Shown here: one piece after another, positions 53,540 through 64,000 of the stretch | How the letters are laid out: each line of letters opens with the position of its first letter | Numbering within the stretch: the first letter of the stretch is position 1 | Assembly (NCBI RefSeq): GCF_964355755.1 | Contig: NC_092675.1 | Span: 1,731,812 to 1,795,811, forward strand | Reading direction: 5' to 3' | Origin: Antedon mediterranea | Lineage: Eukaryota > Animalia > Echinodermata | Length of the DNA: 64,000 nt | Position numbers and translations under genes: made by a program | The notes under the pieces: model-generated | The model's database searches: none | What the model saw: the letters and a program-made list of their open reading frames with translations, nothing else | What the model was told of the DNA's origin: nothing

Positions 53540-56500
53540 ATGGCGGACGCACTGGGCGTAGAAATTCTAAAGCTGGTAAATGAAAATGAAGCTATAGATA
53601 CTGTTAAAATTGCTTCAATTTTCGGAAAAGACCATCAGCAGATAGTTGGAGCAGTAAACAGTCTAAAATCTGTAGGAGATGTAAGTATTTTTTGTTTTAT
53701 GATGTTCAATCTGTTTCCACTAGCTAGCCCTTATGAACGTCATGTTTGCCACGCGGACTGTACGCGGTATTAGTCAAGTTACAACGGGCCCCTTTACCGT
53801 ATGGAGGTGGCCTAGCTTTGCTTGCCCTGCATACTGTGTATGCTTGGTCCTCCAAGCTGTGACAACTTATGTCTATATTGTGAATAAATATTTGAAAAAA
53901 TGAAAATGCAATATTAATAAAAATTAAAATACTGTTTTTGAAACGGTTTTCAAAATTTGGAAAAAAAAATTTACAATCTGACATCATCAATTGATGATTA
54001 GTTAAGTTAGGCCCCCGGTTAGGCCTCTCGACAATTATAATAAGATGACATTTGAAAATGTTGTAATGTAATAATCAATGTCAAACATTTACGGCTTTGT
54101 TCCATAGCACAATGTTTGTATTTTGTTTTTATTTTAATCTTTAGGTTATTCAAACAGAACAGCTATCCAACAAACATTGGGAACTAACTAAAGAAGGCAA
54201 GTTGTTTGTGGAACATGGTAGCCACGAGGCATGTGTATATGAAGCTGTGCCATCAGATACTGGAATCAAGCAAGCAGATCTCATGGTATTCTATTATGAA
54301 CTTGTTTACTCTAACAAATAATTGAATGTTTGCTACAACTGTCAACTCTATTAATACCAAACTTGCTTGCCTAAAATGTTTGGTTAATTACCCTAAATTC
54401 TGAATGTGTTTTTAATGGTAGAAAAAAATTTGAAACCTTTTAGATCTCAAAAATCAAAAAAAGTTTTTGAGGGACTACATTTTTACTAGACATCAGCAGT
54501 TTTATTTTACATTGTAACAGTCATTTAATATTATCATAAAGCTGTCTACACTATCAAACTTTATGTGACAAAAAAAAATGTGATGTGCCCATATATGGAC
54601 ATGATGATTTCTTATCACTACCATATTTAGATATATCATTACCATATTTGGGCACATCACACTTTTTTTGTCATACTATTACTAGTTTGATAATGTAGAC
54701 AAAACTTAAGAATCCAAAATATTTTGAACTAGGATTTAAAATCAAACAATTTGTTCTCATCTCTTGTAGAAAACTTCACCAAATGCTAAAATAGGGTTTA
54801 GCAAAGCCATGTCAGCTGGTTGGTTAATAATGGACAAAACTGCTGAAGGAGGACCTGTAGTCAAAAGAAAGGTATTCTACTAATACTATATTGATTTCGT
54901 TTAAAAGCATAGAATTGCAGTATTCTAAAAAAAGTACTGTGTGTTATCCCATGTATTATCCCATGCTAATCCCACCCCATCATTTTTGACAAATTGTTGT
55001 ACCATGGAAATATACTTTGTCATATACAGTACTGTAGTTCTGACTCAATTTGTTCTTTTAATTACATTACCTCATGTACCTATATTTAAGTTTAATCGCA
55101 TTATCTTGTTATCTGCAGGTACCTTCTATAGAAGACAAAGCCAAATCTCAAGTGATGTTAGTCCAGGCTGGCCAGATAAGTAACATTCCAGAAAAAGAAT
55201 GCAAAGAATTAAAAAAGAGAAAACTTATTGTTGAGGTGTAAGTTGATTAATTTTATATCGTCAGTTTTACAAATGCATTGTATATATAATAATAAAGAGC
55301 TTAAAATAGAGGAACTTTAATATTGGAATCTGGAAGTTATATATTGTTGTCATGATCATATTTCAAGCAGAGGATGTGCGAAGTAGTACATTACAGCCAG
55401 TGATCATAACTTGGCCCTCTGAGAGAACAGTTTCTGACTGAAGAGTTCGCCCAGTATAAATAAAATATTTTAATTCAATCATAACTTATATTTGTTAATA
55501 CAATAACTTTAAATTTTCACTTTATTATTACTTTTTTTGCAGAGTGGTGAAGAGTTTCAAATTAACAAAAGGTTCAGATTTTTCTCTTTCTGTCAGTAAA
55601 CTAGAAACGGATTTGACTCCTGAGATGATCTCAAGGTAAACTATTTGGCAATTATTATTTTTTTTGTCTTGTGTTGGCAATTATTATACTCTAGCTTTCT
55701 GATTGATAATACTAATAATATTTTTTTTTAAATATTTTTTTAAAGAATTTTTCCTGCAATTTAACTATTAATAAGTCTATAAATCAAATTTAGCTGATCT
55801 AAAGTGTTTAGTAAACTAAGTGTATATAACTAATTTAATTGATATAAATGTAATTAGAATACTATAGATATATCTATACATATGTTATTGTTATTTACCT
55901 TCCCTAAATTTAAAAATGTGATATACTTAAGTATAGAGAATTAATATAATTGTTTGTAACTACTGAGGAGTAGCTTTGCATCAAGCAATTTGTACTTTAT
56001 ACTAAGTACATTGAAAATACAGAGAAGAAATTCTCGGGTTTGACTCAAACTCATGACCTCTAGATCACTAGCATGGCGTTCATAACTCTTTATTTTTTTA
56101 TATAAGTATTCTCAATGTACTTAGTGTAAAGTACAGATTATGTTAGAGTAGGGCAAAACATCTGACCAATTATTAAAAACATTTTGTCTTAATATCTTGA
56201 TTTCTAGTGGTTCTTGGAAAGAGAAGAATTTTAAAGCATATAATTTCAACGCAATGGGTGTAATGCCAGTATCGGGACACCTCCATCCTCTCATGAAAGT
56301 TAGAGCTGAATTTAGACAAATATTTTTAGAAATGGGGTAAGTGTAATCTCCTGTCAGCACCAAGGATTTGTATTTTGTCTTAAGCTCTGTCTACACTATC
56401 AAACTAGTTTTAAAAAAAAATTAGTGTGATGGGCCCAAATATGGTAGTGATATAACATCATCATGTCCATATATGGGCACATCAAATTTTTTGTCACATA

Positions 56501-59500
56501 AAGTTTGATAGTGTAGACAGAGCTTTAGAGAACTTTAACAGTTTAAAGGGGGGTTCCGGGTTTAAAATGAATAGTAAAAAATGTAAAATATATTTGTTTG
56601 TCTCTTGAATGGTAAAAGTTTCAATTTATATAAGCGCCCAGTGAAGCAGAACGAAGGCTGTGAAATCAGGCCAGATTACAAGTGCAGCTACGGCAAAATC
56701 ACACTGTGGTTACAAAATAGGAAATTCGTGAAATGGTCCATCTTCCGACGACTCGTTATCATAAACCATATCAATTACTTTTGTAAAAGTATACTTATCT
56801 GATGTAATTTTAGTCGGTCTTCCCATTTATAAAGTCAATTTTTTATGAAAATTCATCAAAACAGTGAAAAATTAGATATGTTTGCACTTTACGTTTGCCG
56901 ATTTTCGCACCGACTTAGGGAAAAATCAAAATCAATGAAGCGTAACGTATACTGTACATTCCTGCTGAGGATCGAGCGAGACGACGATACACGTGCTCTC
57001 TCTGCTGCCCATGCCTGGCATCGTCACGTGATAAGCAGATACAACAATACCAAACTGGTCGGGTCGAGTATACCCCGTCTATAATCACAACATAAACGAT
57101 GTACAGTATTTGATTGAAGGTCGACTCGACCTACCGGAATGGTATAGATAATATAGCTCGAATGAGAGAGTTGGAATATTTGTGTAGTGCAGCCTATAGT
57201 AAAAGGCCTGGTAGTATCAATTCGCATAGGGTCTACTACACTAGCTAGCTCAATTTTTAACTGGGCCGGATCGGCTAGGTCTCCTTCCTACTACCTGGTC
57301 TACTTGCTTGATGCATGAGTATCCGCTTTTTTGGAGAGTAAACTAAACCTATTTATTTTAGGCCTACTTAGACGATCGGGACACCATACGTGTGGACGGC
57401 GATCGGACCTTGTTTTGCTTCAATATTTACAGCCGATTTTGTAGAATGTTTTAGGTTTAGATTGTTTAGGAGTTTGGTTGATAGGATGGGTTTTGTTATT
57501 TATGGGCCAATCGTCTAGTAGTAGGCTAGCTAGGCCCATGGGCCCCATTGTTTTAACGTAGCCATCGTGGCATGGAATCCCTAGTCAGAATGGCTCTCGC
57601 CCATATTATTATTAGGCTAGGCCTAGAGTAGTATTGTACGTGAAGCCGATAATACGATCTGTACTATAGAGGTATAAAAATAGTATAATTTATGACTCCG
57701 TATCTGTACTAAATTTTGTATTTCATTAAATGTCAAATAAATATATGCTACTACTGTTATTATTACACTTTAGGCCAAGCTTAGAAAATCTACAAAAAAT
57801 GTATTTCACAATGGTGGTCGTCGTTTGACAGGGGAGAGAGATGTAAATTAGTTGACAAACACAACGTACATGACGTCGCGAGTTTGGAATCCACTGGTGA
57901 CGTGATTTTGTGAATATCTCATGAATATTAATGAGCTTCCCTAAGCTGCTAAAAAACAGACTTTCCATGAATTTACCCTAAAATGTATATGAAATTTAAT
58001 TTTTTTAATTTCTCGTTATTACTTCTTCATTCTGAAATGTCTATATTGTTATAATATTTTTTATTTAATAAATAAACGATATTTAAAAGCAATTTTAAAC
58101 CCAGAATCCCCCTTTAAATCTGAAATCTATCTGCTGCCACCAATAGTGAATGAAAATGATTTTGCACAGACAGTGCAACATTCTAAACCACATAAAAGTC
58201 AGAACTAACACTGCTCATAAATTGCAAATTATAAGAATTAAATATTATAGTTGATTTGTTTCTAGGTTCACAGAAATGCCAACCAATAACTATGTTGAAA
58301 GTTCCTTCTGGAATTTTGACGCCCTCTTCCAGCCTCAGCAACATCCTGCCAGAGACGCTCATGATACATTTTTTATACAAGGTTTGAAATTAAAAATGGT
58401 TATTTTGTTCTTGATATCAAGTTTGCAGTACACCACGTATATCTAGTTCTGAGTTTCTCAACGTTTGGTTTGGAGTGAGAAACATTTGATTCTTGTTCTA
58501 TTTTATGCTTTGATCCGACGTGGTCATTTGGACTGCATAAACATGATTGGTTCTTCAGACATACATAGATATCAGGGAGATGTTTACATCTGGCATACCT
58601 CTTTACCATAAATTCTTATGCCCAATATTTGCCCCCCCCCCCCTTCTATGTTTGGATGTATATTTAAAAATAATATATAGCTATTTATAGTTTAAAAATA
58701 TTTTTATAAAATATTAAACTTTTCCAGTTTAGGACCTCTGTAATTAATGATACTGATATCATGAGATATCTATTCAATATTTTATGTTTTATAGATCCAA
58801 CGTATGCCACAGAATTTCCGATGGAGTACTTGGAAAGGGTGAAGAAGGTGCATTCAGAAGGAGGATTTGGCTCACAAGGGTAAAGCACTGTCTACACTAT
58901 TAAACTTTATGTGACAAAAAAAGTGTGATGTGCCCACATATGGTAGTGATATGTCCAAATATAGTATCATGTCCATATATGGACACATCACATTTTTTTT
59001 CACAAAAAGTTTGATAGTGTAATCAGAGCTTTAGATTGTTGACATTGCTATTACATCACACATAAGCCTGATTTTACAATAAATAATATAAGATACAATA
59101 TTAATTTAAAAGATTGATACAAAAAATTGCATGCACAGATCAAACAGACATCCATGAAAACCATAAAAAAACCATGTGTAAACTTTCACTTATTGGCGAC
59201 CTTTGGTTAAATGATACGCTACTATGCAGATAGCACTCATAATCTCAGTCTACACTATCAAACTTTATGTGCCCATATATGTTATACCACTTTTTTGGTC
59301 AAACAAGCTTAACAATGGTTCTGTGCATATGTTCTGAGCATGTGTAAAAGGGCTTTTTACTCAGTAAATCAATACGGCGACCCATAATGATGGCACCTAT
59401 TTCTTAGGGATAGAAAAAATAAATTAAAAAATAATCTGGTAATAAATGGTGTTGAAAATGAAAATTTGTAATCATATATTTAGGCATAAATATGACTGGA

Positions 59501-62500
59501 GTATAGAAGAAGCAAAGAAGAACTTATTACGAACTCACACAACAGCAGTTAGTGCAAGGATGCTGTATAAGCTAGCCCAGGTAATATTATGTTCTACAAT
59601 TTACAATTTTAGTCTAGCATACTCGAAAACTGAAGTCACCATCAGGCATCATCATCTGTCACTTAATATATATAATTTTACCACAAATATATTGAGAATT
59701 TAAACACATACAAATAAAATGCAGTATATTAATATTAATAATTATATATTACTAATTATAAATATTATAATAATTAATATTACTATTTCCTATTATCTTG
59801 AATAGTTAGAAGAGTTTCATCCAGTGAAGTACTTTTCAATTGACCGTGTGTTCCGTAATGAAACTCTGGATGCTACACACTTGGCGGAATTTCACCAGAT
59901 AGAAGGTGTTGTCGCTGATTACAACCTTGCTCTGGCTGACCTAATTGGTGTTCTACATGCATTCTTTAAGAAATTAGGTAAGTTAAGTTGACCCATTATC
60001 ATGAGCAATATAGTAGTGATATGCCAATATGACACATTCATGTCTATATATACATTTTTTTGTAACATAAAGCTGATAGTGTGAACAGAGCTTTAGGCTA
60101 CCATGTTTGCATGCTAACCATAAATATTAAGACAATAATTCTTTTCTAAAATTATTTTTACATCAAACCAGGTATAGAGAAACTGCGTTTTAAGCCAGCT
60201 TTTAACCCATACACAGAGCCTAGTATGGAGATATTCAGTTACCATGAAGGCCTAAAGAAGTGGGTGGAAGTTGGAAACAGCGGGGTGTTCCGTCCTGAGA
60301 TGTTGCTCCCAATGGGACTCCCTGAAGGCGTGTCAGTCATAGCTTGGGGTCTGTCCCTTGAAAGGTACGTGCTATTTCTATTCCTTCTGTTATGGTCTGT
60401 TGATCCTGTCACAGTCTATTCGTCTATACAGGCTATTTATTTACTTATTATAATGTACTAGTTTTTAGTGGGTCTCCTATCACAAGCCCATGGGGTTTCC
60501 TGGAGCTCCCTTTCATCTTATTTAATTTTTTTGTTTTCTTCCTTTTTTTTTGTATGTGTATTGTGAGGTGAATAAAACAGATTGATTGATTGATAAGATT
60601 TTTTTTCTGAATTGGATGAATAAATGTGTTTGTAACCTTTATGTTTTAAATGTGACATTGTTGTGATTACCGTAGACAAGTCAGACATTAGTGATAAATT
60701 CAACCCGACTTGGTGACACAGATTGTAAAGGATAACGATTTGTCTTGCTTTAATTCTTCTTCTATGTCAACTGTAAAATAAAATAGTGATAACAAATTCT
60801 TAATAAGTTGCAAGTTGTAACATTAAAATAAAATGTACAAAATACTGTATAAATGTACAATTTACAGTATTATGGAAACGTTTTGAAGGTCTGAAGTCAA
60901 ATATGGCAATATAATTGTGATTTGTGATATGTTAAGCTCTGTCTACACTATCAAACTAGTTTGAATAAAAGTGTGATGTATCCAAATAAATATGCCCAAA
61001 TATGGTAGTGATATGACATCATTGTGTCCATATATGGGCACATTTGTTTGTCACATAAAGTTTGATAGTGAAGAAAGAGCTTAATGCTTCAAATGCTAGA
61101 TTGCCTTGACTATTTAGGAAAAATATCAATGTATTAGGCCTAAACCTGATAAATGTTCAATGTACAACATTATGGAACCATTTTCAAAGTAAGGTCAGCT
61201 TTAGGTCAAATGGAAATTTAGGCGTGATTTGTCTAATTTTATTATCCTGTCCAAATACAAAAAAAAACGTAATTCTTCAAATGCTAGATTGCCTTGAATA
61301 TTTCGGGGAAATATTAATGTACTAAACCTGATAAATGTTCAATGTAGAACATTATGGAAACATTTAGTGGAATTAACTATAAATGTACTCCCTGATAAAT
61401 GTTATAACAAATCCGTCATAGCAGTTTCATGAAGATTTACTTCCTCTCTAACAATACATGCTAATCCATTATTCACAAGCTATTTCCTTTAATTATATCA
61501 TAATAGCATGTAATACTTAACACATTCAATTAGTAAGGTGTCAGAAGTAGCCTACTTGTGATGTAATAGCTTTTGTTACACTGTACTGTACTTGTTAGGG
61601 TCATACCATTTAGTGTGTAATTGATAGAAGACTTTAACAATAGGATAAAAGGTTTTATTATGTACTATCATGGTAATATGGTATCTTGTGAAAAAAAAAA
61701 AATACAAAAATACAAATTCTTCCTGCTAACCAAAAGCATTGTAAAACGTTCCAACTGACCTCATTTTGAGACAACATCCACCACCCTGTTATGGTGTCAG
61801 AAACATCCCTACAGTGGGGTTTAAAGTCCCCAGTGGACTTACATTAACCATTTTATTTATTTATTTTATTAAAACATATTTAGGCAGGATAACATAATTC
61901 AGAAAAAAAAGATCACAAAATTTCTGTTTTCAATATGGTCCTGCAATGACCACAGGCTCAATTGACTAAAGCACTGTCTACACTATTAAACTAGGTTGAC
62001 AAAAAATATATATATACCACATCACATTTTTTGTCACATAAGCTTTGATAGTGTAGACAAGGCTTTACATTAACCACATCATAGGCTAAATTGACTAAGA
62101 CTGGACCAATTCAAACACTGGCTAAAATTTTCTCAGCATTAAATTAGACTGGTTAATTTTACCGACAGTAGTCCAATTTGACCATGTGACTCTGGTAGGT
62201 TCATGACCTTAACCATGCGCTTCAACTTAAATTTTGTAAACTTATGATAAAACTAATTGCGTGAAATTATCCAAGTGCAATTGGTCAAATTTTTCTGATG
62301 GCCTTGGGTAAAGTTACCTTTTTCAAGTCCAGGAGTTTATAAATAAATTTTACATAAGCTTCATTAAAAAAAAGAAATATGATGTTTACTTACCTATTCC
62401 ATGACCTATGATTCCTTATTATCCATTAATATCAGGCAGCAGTATCCAAAAGGCTCACGGTATAATTATCTTGGCCTGTGTGCAGCTTTTAATCAAAGTC

Positions 62501-63231
62501 AGGCTGAAACAAGGAGTGGAATTAATTGCTGCATCTACTTCTAATAATGAAAAGCAAGCTTTATATCAGAATATAATAGTCTCTGTCTGCTCATTAATGT
62601 TCCACTGTAAAGTAATAATTGTCACGCTAGAATGATGTACGACGATTGTTTGAAAGATAGTCATATTTCAGGATTATTATACTGAAAACGCAATGTAACT
62701 TTCGTCGATACAATATTTTAATATTTGAAATGAATACTATTTACAACCCATGAACACAAATTTGTTTTTAAATATCAAGATAAAGGAGACTTGTAAAACA
62801 TAGGGGAGACTATTGGAAAGCTACTAGCCTAGGTCTAGACCCAAACCAAAATAGTTCCTACCTTGACAAAAACACTGAAGTGTACTTTAATTTTAATATT
62901 GGATGGGCTGGTGGTAGAATATACAAAGCTCTGTCTACACTATCAAAGTGTGATGTGCCCAAATATCACATTTTGATAGTGTAGACAGAGTTTTACAGTC
63001 AGTTACCTAACAGTACTTCAAAATGATATTATTATTTATATTTATTTATATAAAATACTGTATAAGATTAGTAGCTACAATTTAAAATTATAACATTAAG
63101 TTATTATTTTTGTTTTTTGTTTTAGACCGACGATGATTAAATATGGAATTGATAATATTCGAGAACTAGTTGGTCATAAGGTTAACCTGCAGATGGTTCA
63201 GGAGAATGGTATATGCAGATTAGACAAATGA
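53540..63231 (+). CDS. FARSA: Phenylalanine--tRNA ligase alpha subunit (cytoplasmic)
   Basis: Exons 53540-53680, 54145-54285, 54770-54871, 55119-55237, 55543-55635, 56208-56336 ([10 protein letters not shown]), 58266-58381 ([23 protein letters not shown]), 58795-58879, 59484-59580 (LLRTHTT), 59806-59977 ([23 protein letters not shown]), 60172-60364 (NPYTEPSME...AWGLSLER), 63126-63231 ([12 protein letters not shown]...TGA). Confidence 0.96.
54540..54706. mobile_element. MITE family A copy
   Basis: TIRs and core. Confidence 0.75.
56383..56524. mobile_element. MITE family A copy
   Basis: Perfect TIRs, TTA on both flanks. Confidence 0.85.
56547..58113. mobile_element. Non-autonomous Kolobok-like DNA transposon (~1.57 kb) in FARSA intron 6
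   Basis: TTAA on both flanks; TIR aggggggttccgggtttaaaa / ttttaaacccagaatccccct; purine-purine termini. Confidence 0.7.
58884..59030. mobile_element. MITE family A copy starting at +5 of a FARSA splice donor
   Basis: Exon|GTAA-AGCACTGTCTACACT...CAGAGCT-TTA. Confidence 0.8.
60935..61081. mobile_element. MITE family A copy
   Basis: TIRs and core. Confidence 0.8.
61970..62064. mobile_element. MITE family A copy (short)
   Basis: TIRs. Confidence 0.7.
62927..62992. mobile_element. MITE family A copy (minimal, ~66 bp)
   Basis: TIRs joined by a short core. Confidence 0.7.
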
Positions 63232-64000
63232 AATAACTGTAAAAATAAATTATAAATATATATGAAAATTTGTAAACACAATTACTGGTGTCCCTTAGAA
63301 AGTAAATTGTATATTTGCATTTAAATTTAAATATTTTTTAGCTTAACCATTCAAGATTCACTATGATTTAAATTACAGGACGGTGGTGTACATTTTCACC
63401 CGTTTCAGCTGTCCCAGTTTTTAATAAATTCAATTGTAAAAAATGTAGGTAGTGTAACAACAAACATTTTGCACAGATTAAGTTTGAATTCTTCCTATGT
63501 GTTCAAAACCTTAAATATAGTTAATTAAAGATATGGGCACCAAAAATAACATTCAATATTGCTATATAGATTTATTGTATTTACATAAATTCTTAAAAAC
63601 ATGAAATGTTGCATACGACATCAGAAATTTTACTTCACAGTCTTAAAATTTATGTTTATTTGCATGAAATGCCCATTTTGACATGCCCCCCCCCCCCCCC
63701 CTGATGAACGGCTATGAGCGCTCGCTGTCTAAACCAAGGGGCTCTGGATCTTACAGACATTGAAATATGTCGAAAAGGCTAAGAATGCCTGAGGCATCTA
63801 GGGTTGGAGGGCCATTTAGGGTCCCTAAACCAGTGATCTCAGGCCTCTGCATCACACCACTTGGTACAACCTGTCCAGAGATTGGCTTATTAAATATTTC
63901 TCAAGAGCTGTTGAATCATTTATGGTATTGCCATATAGCTTGCCTAGTGAATGTCTGGCGATCTTAAAACACATGTCAAAGGTCATCACTTCTACATACT

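Overview
AT-rich eukaryotic genomic DNA with GT-AG spliceosomal introns, probably an invertebrate deuterostome such as an echinoderm (inferred from gene content and repeat types, not proven). Five spliced protein-coding genes, all on the + strand, were rebuilt exon by exon: (1) the 3' part of a MuSK-like receptor tyrosine kinase (Frizzled CRD, kringle, TM, NPMY motif, kinase), (2) mitochondrial ClpP, (3) an ST6GalNAc III-VI-type sialyltransferase with an unusual basic C-terminal tail, (4) YIPF1 and (5) FARSA. Most long ORFs in the supplied track are artefacts of tandem repeats. Introns and intergenic DNA hold several minisatellites (20, 23, 27, 46/49, 54, ~80-95 and ~234 bp units), about 17 copies of a hairpin PIF/Harbinger-type MITE, a Helitron, Kolobok-like TTAA elements, tRNA-derived SINEs and LINE 3' ends. 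The most unusual observations are: 27-38 bp TIR-only micro-elements with 7-bp target duplications; a 7x tandem repeat of the last 17 codons plus stop codon of ClpP; a MITE sitting at +5 of a FARSA splice donor; and dense AGGCCT(A/AG) clusters just downstream of housekeeping-gene starts. All coordinates were read by eye and may be off by a few bases.
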